From contig JBBUBW010000044.1 in the NCBI GenBank assembly GCA_038058095.1, positions 1 through 46,768 of the forward strand: DNA of 46,768 nucleotides, written 5' to 3'. Origin of the DNA: Patescibacteria group bacterium (lineage in GTDB: Bacteria; Patescibacteriota; Minisyncoccia; UBA6257; 2-01-FULL-56-20). Positions 8,935 to 17,916 of this stretch are shown here, one piece after another; positions within the stretch are counted from its first letter, which is position 1, and the number at the start of each line of letters is the position of its first letter. A program made the position numbers and the translations under genes. The notes under the pieces are model-generated. The model ran no database searches. It was not told the DNA's origin and saw only the letters and a program-made list of their open reading frames with translations.

Positions 8935-9513
8935 ATGAACCAAAAAATCATTCTCGCCTCAACTTCTCTTAGCCGGAAAGAACTGCTTCAAAAAATCGGC
9001 TTGAAATTTCAAGCCGAAGACAGCGGTTACGAGGAAAATATGAAAGAAAATCTTCCACCCCACGCGCTTGCCAAAAAACTCTCCCGCGGCAAAGCCGAAG
9101 TTGTGGCGAAAAGACACAAAAACGCCATTATCATCGCCGCCGATACCATCGTCGTACTCGGTAAAGAAGTTATGGGAAAACCTCACTCCGCAAAAGGCGC
9201 CAAGGAAATGCTCAAAAAACTTAGCGGGAAAAGTCATTCCATTATCACTGGTTTTACTATTATTAACGCAAAAACCGGAAAAATTATTTCGCAATCAATC
9301 GAAACGAAAGTTCATATGAAAAAACTAAGCCCTCAAATAATCGCTACTTATGTAAATTCAAAAGAACCTCTCGACAAAGCCGGCGCCTATGCCATTCAAG
9401 GCCTCGGCTCCATCTTAATCGATAAAATCGAAGGCGACTATTCAAACATAGTTGGCCTGCCTCTCGCACCCCTCGTTGTTGCTCTAAAAAAATTCGGCGT
9501 GAAAGTTTTATAA
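8935..9513 (+). CDS. maf: Maf-like nucleoside triphosphate pyrophosphatase
   Basis: ILASTSLSRKELL...IIAADTIV...KAGAYAIQG pattern typical of Maf/YhdE. Confidence 0.9.
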   Translation: MNQKIILASTSLSRKELLQKIGLKFQAEDSGYEENMKENLPPHALAKKLSRGKAEVVAKRHKNAIIIAADTIVVLGKEVMGKPHSAKGAKEMLKKLSGKSHSIITGFTIINAKTGKIISQSIETKVHMKKLSPQIIATYVNSKEPLDKAGAYAIQGLGSILIDKIEGDYSNIVGLPLAPLVVALKKFGVKVL

Positions 9514-9597
9514 CCCGAAAGCAAATAATCGCTCTCAAACGCGTTTCTAGCCGAAATATATAAATCTGTATATCCGTAAAAATCCGTATTCTGGTAG

Positions 9598-10506
9598 CTA
9601 AATGCCAAACACCCGTTTGGCGTTAGACCAAATCTGCTCCGTCATTTCTTCCTCCGTTACTCCCTTAATCTCCGCCAACTTTCGGACTACATAAATCACA
9701 TACGCTGGTTCGTTGCGCTTACCCCTAAAAGGCACCGGCGTCACATACGGCGCATCCGTCTCGCTCAAAATCCTATCCATCGGAATCAGCTTAATTATTT
9801 CATCATAATCTCGTGTAAATGTAACCACCCCACCAAAGGTAAAATAAAAATCCATACCGAGAAGCACCTTGGCATTTTCTTTAGTGCCAGTGAAAAAGTG
9901 AACTATACCAGGTGCTTTAGAATTATGAAGTGTGAAGTGTAAATCAAGAATAGCAACTAAATCATCAAAGGCATCACGGCAATGGATCATCAACGGTTTT
10001 TGAACTTCTTTCGCTAATTCAATTTGTTTGATAAAAGCATCTTTTTGCCTTTTCTTAACTTCTTCAACATTCATAATTCCTGATTCATTATTCATAATTC
10101 TAAAGTAGTCCAACCCACACTCCCCTATAGCCACCACCTTGGAATCTAGTGCTAATTTTTTATAATACTCGTAATCAAACTCCTCTCCGCGGCTGGTAAA
10201 TCCACGCGAATCTCCCCCCTCCTTATTCTCCAATTCGCGCGAATTAGAGATGGTAATAGGATCCACCGACCCCAGCTCCTGCTCATCGTGAAAAGATTTC
10301 TCGGTATGAATTGGATGTAAACCCACCACTGCCCAGACTCCTTCTCCGAGCTCGTGCGCCACTTCAACCGCTCGCTTGGATGTATCCCTCTGCGTTCCGA
10401 CATTTACCACCGAAACTCCCGAGTCAATCGCCCGCCCAATCACGTGTTTATAATCATCTTTAAACACCGCAAAATGTGCGTGCGTATGCGCATCAATGTA
10501 TTTCAT
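9598..10506 (-). CDS. TatD-family metal-dependent hydrolase (with internal inserts)
   Basis: N-terminal IDAHTHAHF, ECGLDY, IHCRDA and ETDAPY motifs. Confidence 0.9.
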   Translation of the reverse strand: MKYIDAHTHAHFAVFKDDYKHVIGRAIDSGVSVVNVGTQRDTSKRAVEVAHELGEGVWAVVGLHPIHTEKSFHDEQELGSVDPITISNSRELENKEGGDSRGFTSRGEEFDYEYYKKLALDSKVVAIGECGLDYFRIMNNESGIMNVEEVKKRQKDAFIKQIELAKEVQKPLMIHCRDAFDDLVAILDLHFTLHNSKAPGIVHFFTGTKENAKVLLGMDFYFTFGGVVTFTRDYDEIIKLIPMDRILSETDAPYVTPVPFRGKRNEPAYVIYVVRKLAEIKGVTEEEMTEQIWSNAKRVFGI

Positions 10507-10595
10507 GCTTGCTAAAAAATTAATTTCATCCTAACATACCTTTAGTCATTCGAAAAATCGGCAGGAAACTACACATATGCAACTAGGAGGTTGGT

Positions 10596-11246
10596 GTGGT
10601 ATTACTAAAACCAGAGTGCCTAATTCTTGATTTTAACGGCACAACCGAAAACGATCGTGACGCCAAGTTCAGGGGCGTTAAAGCCATTTTCGATCACTAT
10701 GAAGTTCCCCATCCGCCAATCGACACCTTCTTCGACGAAGTTGGGCCCGATTACATCAAAACCTACCGTAAATTCGGTATCCCGCATTCCGCCACAGCAC
10801 GAGAAATATCCCAAATCTGGGAAACTTACTTCCACACTAACCGAAACGGGATTAAGCTTCAGCCCGGATTAAGAGAACTTCTCATCTTCGCAAGAGATAT
10901 AGGACTTAAACGCGGCATCGTAAGCGGCGAGGCGACCTCGATTCTCAATCACCGTTTGGCCATCCGCAACCTCCGCCAGTTTTTCAATCTCGTTTGGGGC
11001 GACTGCACCGACAAGGACAACTCACTAAGAAGAGCCTGCGTGCAGCTCTCAGTAGAAAGGGGAAAGACCGTCTACGTTGACGACAATCACGACGGGCTGA
11101 TCCAAGCCAAAACCACTGGCATAATAACAATCGGCTTTACTGCTGGTTGGCAGTCGATGGGAAGAATTGCCCAATCCAATCCTAACTTCCCCGCCAATTC
11201 ACATTTCAAAGTCAAGGAAATCATCGCCGATCTGTGTTCTACTTGA
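10596..11246 (+). CDS. HAD-superfamily hydrolase (phosphoglycolate-phosphatase-like)
   Basis: GTG start preceded by AGGAGG at 10584-10589. Motif I is LILDFNGT, with the second Asp replaced by Asn. C-terminal VDDNHDG motif. Confidence 0.7.
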   Translation: MVLLKPECLILDFNGTTENDRDAKFRGVKAIFDHYEVPHPPIDTFFDEVGPDYIKTYRKFGIPHSATAREISQIWETYFHTNRNGIKLQPGLRELLIFARDIGLKRGIVSGEATSILNHRLAIRNLRQFFNLVWGDCTDKDNSLRRACVQLSVERGKTVYVDDNHDGLIQAKTTGIITIGFTAGWQSMGRIAQSNPNFPANSHFKVKEIIADLCST

Positions 11247-11290
11247 AACACTAACCAAGACACGCTAGGTCCAACCTAGCAATCACCTGA

Positions 11291-11318
11291 GGCGCGGAAA
11301 ACAACCCCGCGCCTTTTT
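11291..11318 (+). terminator. Rho-independent terminator of the HAD gene
   Basis: GGCGCGG-aaaacaacc-CCGCGCC followed by TTTTT. Confidence 0.8.
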
Positions 11319-11354
11319 CATTTGTTTATTTTGATTGTTAATGCAATTAACCGC

Positions 11355-11399
11355 AAAAAACAGTACACTAAAGCGCACGATCGCTTAATTTGGTGTACT
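11355..11399 (-). terminator. Rho-independent terminator of metG
   Basis: On the minus strand: AGTACAC..AAGCG-atcgtg-CGCTT..GTACT followed by GTTTTTTG. Confidence 0.65.
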
Positions 11400-11415
11400 A
11401 TTAAACACCCCTACA

Positions 11416-12888
11416 CTACCCGAGCCTAGGGAATAAAACTTCCCCTTTCTTTACCTCCAAATTTTTTTTATCCAGCCAATTAATTGACTTGGAAATTTTA
11501 TCCGCTGTTTCCGGCAAAAATGGCTTTAAAAACGCCGCCACATTATCCAAAATCACTATTAAATTCAAAATTTCTTTCTTTTTAGAATCGGTACCTTTCC
11601 AAACCTCATGATCGTTTACATATTTATCGCCAAAAGAAATCAGTTCGTTTATGGCACCAATCGCCTCATGCAATCTAAATGCATGAATTTTTTCATCAAC
11701 CAATACTTTAGTCGCATTAATTTTATCGCTCACCGCTGGTTCGATTAAATCAAAATCCACTGCGAATTTCCCAAACTTCGAAGCCAGCCCCAAAACCCGC
11801 GCCACGAAATTTCCCAAGCCATTCGCCAATTCCCCGTTATAAACCCGCTCCAAATTGGCAATACTAAAATCCCCGTCATCCTGCGAAGGCACTTCTTTAA
11901 GCAAATAATATCTAACCGCATCCGTTCCATATTTTTTCACCAATTCAAATGGGTCAACCACATTCCCCACGGATTTCGACATCTTCGCTCCGTCAATCGT
12001 GAGAAACCCATGCACTAAAATTTTCTTAGGTAACGGCAGTCCGATCGAAAGAAGCATCCCCGGCCAAATCGCGGCGTGAAATCGTAATATATCTTTCCCG
12101 ATTACTTGCGCCTCCGCCGGCCACCAGTTTTTCCAATCTTCGTTTCGCCCATACCCAATCGCCGATAAATAGTTAGAAAGCGCGTCGCACCAAACATACA
12201 TCGTTTGCGTTTCATCCCCCGGCACCGGAATCCCCCACGGCAAATCCTTACTCGGCCGGGAAAAACTCACATCCTCCAACCCCTCATTAATTAAAGCCAA
12301 AATTTCGTTCTCTCGCCCTTCCGGCAAAATCAATAACTCCTTACTCTTAATTTTTGCCTCGATTTCTTTTGAATATTTAGAAAGTTTAAAAAAATAGTTT
12401 TCCTCCTCCACCACCTCCGGTTCTTTTTGGTGATCCTTGCATTTTCCGTCAACCAAATCTTTCTGGGTCACAAACTTCTCGCACCCCACGCAATAAAGTC
12501 CTTTATAGTTTTTTTTGTAAATATCTCCGGCTTCAACCAATTTTTTCCAAATCAACTGCGCGCCCGGCCAATGCCTTTCTTTGTCAGTCGTCCGAATAAA
12601 ATCATCCCAGCTTAAATTGAGCGCTTCTTTAAGTGCTTTAAAATAACCGGCGATTTCATCCACAAACTGCTGGGGCTCGCGCGATACTCCCCATTCTTTC
12701 ATCTTCCGCAAAATCTTCACCCCATGCTCATCCGTCCCCGTCAAAAAAAATGTCTTGAAACCCTTGGCTCTGTGGTATCGCGCCAAAACATCCGCCTGCA
12801 CCTTCTCTAAAGCATGCCCCACGTGCGGCTTGGCATTCGTATAATCAATCGCCGTTGTAATGTAATATTTATTATCGGTCATATCCAT
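11416..12888 (-). CDS. metG: Methionyl-tRNA synthetase (short form)
   Basis: HVGH (HIGH) and KMSKS motifs, Zn knuckle CVGCEKF...CKDH. Confidence 0.95.
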   Translation of the reverse strand: MDMTDNKYYITTAIDYTNAKPHVGHALEKVQADVLARYHRAKGFKTFFLTGTDEHGVKILRKMKEWGVSREPQQFVDEIAGYFKALKEALNLSWDDFIRTTDKERHWPGAQLIWKKLVEAGDIYKKNYKGLYCVGCEKFVTQKDLVDGKCKDHQKEPEVVEEENYFFKLSKYSKEIEAKIKSKELLILPEGRENEILALINEGLEDVSFSRPSKDLPWGIPVPGDETQTMYVWCDALSNYLSAIGYGRNEDWKNWWPAEAQVIGKDILRFHAAIWPGMLLSIGLPLPKKILVHGFLTIDGAKMSKSVGNVVDPFELVKKYGTDAVRYYLLKEVPSQDDGDFSIANLERVYNGELANGLGNFVARVLGLASKFGKFAVDFDLIEPAVSDKINATKVLVDEKIHAFRLHEAIGAINELISFGDKYVNDHEVWKGTDSKKKEILNLIVILDNVAAFLKPFLPETADKISKSINWLDKKNLEVKKGEVLFPRLG

Positions 12889-12920
12889 CTAAATTTACAT
12901 TTAAAACCAAAAATAGTCCA

Positions 12921-12957
12921 ACAAAAGAAATCCCCGTCTCTCGCAAAAGAGACGGGG
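12921..12957 (-). terminator. Rho-independent terminator after the 260-aa ORF
   Basis: CCCCGTCTCT-6 nt-AGAGACGGGG, followed on the minus strand by ATTTCTTTTGTT. Confidence 0.8.
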
Positions 12958-12976
12958 CAACTAAACTTCCAAACCT

Positions 12977-13759
12977 CTACAGTTTAATCATGGTCGCAAG
13001 GCCAACTCTGGAATCACGGTAATCGGGGGAACAACTAGCTACGGTTAATCCCTGATCGACCCCAACGCAATTTCGCCTCCATCCGACCAATGCTGGATTA
13101 TAGCTCCCCCCTAAAACCGACATCCGCAAAGAGCAATTCACCCGCAAGCGGACATCGTTTTTCAAATAATACAGCAGGAAAGCGAGAAATACAGCCACTG
13201 GTGCTGGCGATGTTTCGCCCCCACGAGACAACTTGAGTTGGTCAGAAAACCGCTTGCCCTCAGATCCAACCACCGAAGCTGTTCTTAAAAGATACCACCC
13301 CTGAATTTCTTGTTCCCAACCCGGAAAGTGTTCAATACTCAACCTTAATCTCCTCCCTGGCACTTTTAACCCAACCGAGGACTCCAATAATTCTAAGTTT
13401 AATTTTGGAGTCCAAAAGAGGAAAAGGTCGTCTTGCATACCAAGTTCCACGAGTTGAGCATCGCTGATCGGAATCTCCTCAACTTCGTCTGGGATTTCTC
13501 CTGTGAAGGGCATAAATAATCGCCCCCAATCCCCGGGGAACCAAACACGAGGAGAACCAAAAACTCTTCGGACGGCTCTTTGATCCTGGGTGGGCCTAAA
13601 ATTACCAAACGCTACAAAGTCGATCACCCCAGCAGCAAATCTTCGATTTGATCGAATCAAATCGAAATCAACCGGATGAACGCCTCCGTGATCCAACACC
13701 TCGATAGTTGAGTGAAGGTCAGAATGCGGTATTCTAATGAGTTCTCCCATAGGGCTCAT
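12977..13759 (-). CDS. Hypothetical protein (260 aa), no recognisable motif, visibly more GC-rich than its neighbours
   Basis: Uninterrupted 783-nt ORF with AAAGGA 4 nt upstream of the ATG and its own terminator. Confidence 0.5.
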   Translation of the reverse strand: MSPMGELIRIPHSDLHSTIEVLDHGGVHPVDFDLIRSNRRFAAGVIDFVAFGNFRPTQDQRAVRRVFGSPRVWFPGDWGRLFMPFTGEIPDEVEEIPISDAQLVELGMQDDLFLFWTPKLNLELLESSVGLKVPGRRLRLSIEHFPGWEQEIQGWYLLRTASVVGSEGKRFSDQLKLSRGGETSPAPVAVFLAFLLYYLKNDVRLRVNCSLRMSVLGGSYNPALVGWRRNCVGVDQGLTVASCSPDYRDSRVGLATMIKL

Positions 13760-13930
13760 TCATCCTTTCTTTTTGGCTCTCCCCTTCGGGCTCGCCACTT
13801 ACTTAATTCTGTCCGATCCCGTCGGCGCCGCAGAGTCCTTACGAAATCAAGGAACTACTTTCCTTATACCTCCCTATAGCCAATCCGTCAACCACCCTCC
13901 CCAAAATTTCAAGAAGACAATCAAAAAAGT

Positions 13931-14111
13931 TTAAGATTTAGTTTTTCGAAACCATAAGCAAGAGGCGAGGTAGAAATTAACGAGCGAGTAGAGAAAATAT
14001 CCGGGTGCCCCCGAGTCCGCCAACCGGCGGATGAGGCCGGGCGGTATTTTCTCGTATATGAGCTAGTTAAATTTCCCGAGCCGAAGCGGGTTGAGAAAAA
14101 CTAAATCTTAA
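13931..14111. ncRNA. Long imperfect hairpin (~181 nt): candidate structured ncRNA (6S-like architecture) or MITE-like element
   Basis: Perfect 17-bp closing stem TTAAGATTTAGTTTTTC / GAAAAACTAAATCTTAA. An unpaired bubble follows, then internal stems GAAATTAAC/GTTAAATTTC, GAGAAAATA/TATTTTCTC and CCGG/CCGG, and an apical CCGCC-aacc-GGCGG. Confidence 0.3.
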
Positions 14112-14117
14112 ACGAAC

Positions 14118-15383
14118 CTAAAACCTCAAAATCTTCTTAAAACCCTCCTTGTCTTTATAAGGCCCAATCACCGCTAAATTAAGTTTCGAATTTTGGAATA
14201 TAAACTTCGCTACCTCACGAATCTCCTCCGCTTTCACTTTCTTCACTTTCTCTATAATCTCGTTGGGTGAAAGAATTTTCTTCGTCACAATTTCCTGCCC
14301 GCCATAAAACGATCCCAACTCATCCGAAGATTCCAACCCTAAAATAAAATTCCCAATCATGTGGTCTTTTGATTTTTGGAGCTCCGCCGCCGGCACCAAT
14401 TCCTTAGTCAATCGTTTCATTTCTTCCAAAATCGCCTTAACCACCGCTTCGATTTTTCCGTGATCCACTCCCGCCGAAACCGCGAAGTAGCCGTGGTCAA
14501 GCATTAGGTCTGAATCGGCTCGCACATAATACGCCGCCCCCAGTTCCTCCCGTACTTTATGAAAAAGACGAGAACTCATTCCTCCGCCTAAAACGTCTCC
14601 CAAAACCTGAAGCGCGTGCCGCCTTTTATCAAAAATATCAAACGCGCGCGTACCCAAAACCAAATGACTCTGGTCTGATTCTTTATACTTCAATACCAGC
14701 TCCGGTTTTGTTTGCTTATCAAACGTCTTTAGCTTCTTAATCGCTTTTTCTTTTTTAAGATGCGAAAACGCCTTTTCCGCTTGAGCTTTCACTTTCTTCT
14801 CGTCAAAATTACCGGAAACTACCACCACCGTCTTAGGCGCCACGTAATGCTCTCCTCGGTATTTAATAAAATCTTCCTGTATCAAGGTCTGAATTACATC
14901 CTTCCTGCCAGCAATATCCCATCCCGCCGGCTGATCACCGTAAAGCAAACCGGTGAAAAATTCGTGCACCCGCCTCATTGGTGTATCCTCATACATATTA
15001 ATTTCCTCTATTATCACTCCTCTCTCTTTCTCGATCTCCGCCGGGTTAAAAATCGGGTTTAAATAAAGGTCTGAAACGATGTCAATCGCCTTATCCACCT
15101 TTTCTTTCTGAACCTTGGCGTAGTAACCGGTATATTCATTGCCCGTAAAAGCATTATATTCCGCTCCTAAACTGTCTAATTCATGCGCAATCATTCCCGA
15201 CTTTGGTCGGTTTTTAGTCCCTTTAAAAACCATGTGCTCCAAAAAATGAGAAAGCCCGTTAATCCGTTTGGTTTCATACTCTGATCCCGCCTCAACTAAA
15301 ATCAAAACCGTCGCCGCGAGCGTTGCCGGCTGTGGTACCAAAATTAATCTCAGGCCATTTTTTAAAACAAATTTATTCGGCAT
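14118..15383 (-). CDS. M16-family (pitrilysin/insulinase-like) zinc peptidase
   Basis: HFLEHMVFKG (HxxEH) motif near the N-terminus, with a two-domain M16 layout. Confidence 0.9.
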   Translation of the reverse strand: MPNKFVLKNGLRLILVPQPATLAATVLILVEAGSEYETKRINGLSHFLEHMVFKGTKNRPKSGMIAHELDSLGAEYNAFTGNEYTGYYAKVQKEKVDKAIDIVSDLYLNPIFNPAEIEKERGVIIEEINMYEDTPMRRVHEFFTGLLYGDQPAGWDIAGRKDVIQTLIQEDFIKYRGEHYVAPKTVVVVSGNFDEKKVKAQAEKAFSHLKKEKAIKKLKTFDKQTKPELVLKYKESDQSHLVLGTRAFDIFDKRRHALQVLGDVLGGGMSSRLFHKVREELGAAYYVRADSDLMLDHGYFAVSAGVDHGKIEAVVKAILEEMKRLTKELVPAAELQKSKDHMIGNFILGLESSDELGSFYGGQEIVTKKILSPNEIIEKVKKVKAEEIREVAKFIFQNSKLNLAVIGPYKDKEGFKKILRF

Positions 15384-15392
15384 AATTTAAAT

Positions 15393-16853
15393 TTACGATG
15401 TGATTGTCGCAATATCGTCAATAAAGCTGGCCGCCCGATCCACAACCGCCTGCCCATAAGTCCATAAATAGCTTTTCCACCGTCCCCCGGCATAATATTT
15501 TGCCGCCGCGCATCTTTCTTGGCTTGTCGGATTTGAATAAGCGCCCTTGCATCCGTTCATAGAATCTTGGAGATAAAGAGCGGTAGCTGTAAAGGCATCG
15601 GCATTGCTCCAAGGCGAGGCCGGATTATTTCCTGTGGCTTTTGCCACTTCATCTTTATAAAGATTCCAAGTCGATGGAATAAACTGAGCCGGCCCCATCG
15701 CCCCTCCATAAGCTCCATCTTTATTGGCGCAAGAAACCATTACCGAATCCGGACTAATATCCAAATCCTTAACTATCTCCAAAAAAAGCGGGATGTCGCG
15801 AGTAGGATGCATCGCGGTTTTATAATTGCAACGTCCCACATTTTTCCCCAAAGCCGACTCTCGATCCAAAACTGCCAAAATCAAAGCTGGAGCAATACCA
15901 GTCGCTTGGCTTGCTAGTTTAGCAAATTTGTAAGCATCCGCAAAGCTCATTTCACCTCCGCCTAAAAGTTGGAAAATTCTGCTTCGAATTTCGGCCGCAG
16001 TTTTCTTTGTTTCCTTAAGTAAGGACTGGTACTTGGATTCCTGGTTTTTAGTAATTGAAAGGAGCTCCCCTTTTTGGCCTTTTGTTTTTTCGGTTTCTTG
16101 CTTTTGGCTTTCTTGATATTGCTTTAACGTACTTTGATCGGCCTTAGCTAATCCTAATTGGTCCCGTTGCTCCCCTAGTCGATCTTGGAGGTCTGCGATT
16201 TTCTGAATTGCTGTCTGGAGACTATTTTGAAGCAAAGTCAAATCATTTAAGTCGTTAAAAAAATCAGAGATCTTCGGACTTTTTAGAAACACCTCCATCA
16301 TGCTCGACTGCTCGCTTTGATAAAGATCCTTTAAAATACCCGATAAAGATTTCTTATTAACGTCTATATTATTCCGTGTTGTCGTAATTTGATATTCCGT
16401 TTCATCAATCTTCTGGTCCAATTGGTTTATATTAAGCTTTATCGCTTTAATCTGAAGACTTAACCTGGAAACCTTCGTATCTAATTTTCCTATTTCGCCT
16501 TTTAAAGAACTACCTTGTTTCTGATAATTAGTAATCTGATCCTCATACTGGTCAATCTGGCCCTCAAGCGCCTTCAATTGATCTTCAAGAGCCCGGCGCT
16601 CTGCATCGGTACTTTGGGTTGTATCAGCTGCCAAAGTCGCCGTTGTTGGAGCCACCACCGACCCAAAAATAAGAAATACCACCGACACCATCACCATTAA
16701 AAACTTCATGGAAGCTATCAAAGATATCTTCCTCTCTCGCCGATAACCTAAATTAACCCGCTTGGGCAAAGACCCAAAAACATCCGCCCCCTTTCTAAAT
16801 CGGGGCGGCTTAACATCTCCTAGTAGTTTTGGCTTTAGAACAGGGAATTTCAT
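15393..16853 (-). CDS. Secreted or membrane-anchored coiled-coil protein with a C-terminal lytic-transglycosylase (SLT-like) domain
   Basis: TM/signal segment [21 protein letters not shown], long Q/L-rich coiled coil, SLT-like LDRESALG...[13 protein letters not shown]. An alternative start is at 16709. Confidence 0.75.
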   Translation of the reverse strand: MKFPVLKPKLLGDVKPPRFRKGADVFGSLPKRVNLGYRRERKISLIASMKFLMVMVSVVFLIFGSVVAPTTATLAADTTQSTDAERRALEDQLKALEGQIDQYEDQITNYQKQGSSLKGEIGKLDTKVSRLSLQIKAIKLNINQLDQKIDETEYQITTTRNNIDVNKKSLSGILKDLYQSEQSSMMEVFLKSPKISDFFNDLNDLTLLQNSLQTAIQKIADLQDRLGEQRDQLGLAKADQSTLKQYQESQKQETEKTKGQKGELLSITKNQESKYQSLLKETKKTAAEIRSRIFQLLGGGEMSFADAYKFAKLASQATGIAPALILAVLDRESALGKNVGRCNYKTAMHPTRDIPLFLEIVKDLDISPDSVMVSCANKDGAYGGAMGPAQFIPSTWNLYKDEVAKATGNNPASPWSNADAFTATALYLQDSMNGCKGAYSNPTSQERCAAAKYYAGGRWKSYLWTYGQAVVDRAASFIDDIATITS

Positions 16854-16950
16854 TCTTCCCTTTTATTCTAACAGAAAAACTCCCAAAAACTAACCCGGTA
16901 CCCCTACTTCGGTCTTTTTTAGACGCTTTAGTGTCCGAAGTTGCGGCACA

Positions 16951-17088
16951 GGGCTAACCCGGTGCTACAAGTGGGACATCTCTCTAATTCCCATTTCTCA
17001 AAAACCTATACATCGCGATAACCAACACCAAACTTAAAACATAGTGGAAAAATAAAATTCCCCTATCCCACTTGGTAGCTACCGGGCT
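16951..17088. repeat. Imperfect inverted repeat abutting the rplY stop codon (REP-like element)
   Basis: GGCTAACCCGGTGCTACAAGTGGGA (16951-16975) against TCCCACTTGGTAGCTACCGGGCTAACC (about 17060-17086). A related half-site CTAACCCGGTACC lies at about 16890. Confidence 0.5.
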
Positions 17089-17746
17089 AACCCTCCTTTT
17101 CTTTGGATTTTTCGGCTTTCTCGCTATCTCTTTCAGCCTTCTTCTCTTCTACCTCCACTTTCACCTCGGAAACATCCGTCGGCCCCTTCACTACTTCCTC
17201 TTCCTTCACCGCCACCATTGTTGCCACTGTTGTTTCTGGATCCACTAGAACCTTTACTTTCGGCGATACTTTGAGATCTTTAACGTAAATATTCGAAGAT
17301 AAATCTACAAGTAAACCTAAATCCACTTCGATGCGGCGCGGCAAGTCTGCGGGCAAAGCCTCTACCTCGATTTCATCCATTGATTTATTCAAAATTCCAA
17401 GTTTTTCCCTAACCGCTGGAGATTCTCCAATAAACTCAAGCGGGACCTTAGTTGTAATCTTCTCCGTCATTGTTACTCTGTAAAAATCCACGTGAGTCAC
17501 TTCGCCTAGAGTTCTGCCCTTTTGAACTTCGTAAATCAAAGCCGGCCACTTTTCGCCGCCAACATTTAAATTCACTATTGTATTCTCTCCGGCCTCCTTA
17601 AACACTTTAATAAATTCCTTGCCCAAAACAGCCAGGTGTTCATTTTTAAAACCGTGCCCGTAAACCTCGGCCGGGATTAGACCTTGTTTAAATAAACCCT
17701 TGCTAGCTTTACCAAGTTTTTCCCTCTTTTGAACTGTTAATTCCAT
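17087..17746 (-). CDS. rplY: 50S ribosomal protein L25 / general stress protein Ctc
   Basis: N-terminal L25 fold signature (REKLGKASKGLFKQGLIPAEVYG) plus an acidic K/E-rich tail. Confidence 0.9.
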   Translation of the reverse strand: MELTVQKREKLGKASKGLFKQGLIPAEVYGHGFKNEHLAVLGKEFIKVFKEAGENTIVNLNVGGEKWPALIYEVQKGRTLGEVTHVDFYRVTMTEKITTKVPLEFIGESPAVREKLGILNKSMDEIEVEALPADLPRRIEVDLGLLVDLSSNIYVKDLKVSPKVKVLVDPETTVATMVAVKEEEVVKGPTDVSEVKVEVEEKKAERDSEKAEKSKEKEG

Positions 17747-17848
17747 GTTTTATTTAGAGAAAGATCATAGCAAATCCAAAGGAAAATGGCAAACCATCGT
17801 CCTCTTATTCATATTTTTTCGTATATTCGTAAACAATTCACATTTAGT

Positions 17849-17916
17849 AGCTAACCCCGGAACTAATTTAGGAATTTTGCCTTTCTAAATCATTTCCTAA
17901 ATTAGTACTGGGGCTA
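17849..17916 (-). terminator. Long hairpin that includes the TAG stop of the 417-aa ORF (REP-like or terminator-like, no U-tail)
   Basis: Minus strand: TAGCCCCAGTACTAATTTAGGAA-19 nt-TTCCTAAATTAGTTCCGGGGTTAGC. Confidence 0.4.

Noticed and set aside
12977-14111. Retron-like arrangement (inverted-repeat ncRNA upstream of an ORF)
   Set aside because: The 260-aa ORF lacks RT motifs (only a fortuitous MQDD; no motif A or B blocks) and is too short.
15393-16853. Choice of the upstream start (16853) versus the internal ATG at 16709 for the transglycosylase
   Set aside because: Not resolved. The longer form has an AGGGAAG SD-like site, but the signal/TM segment begins at the internal Met. I reported the long form and noted the alternative.
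17821-17831. 11-mer GTATATTCGTA shared with 43677-43687
   Set aside because: An 11-nt match in 47 kb of AT-rich sequence is expected by chance and is not treated as a repeat family.
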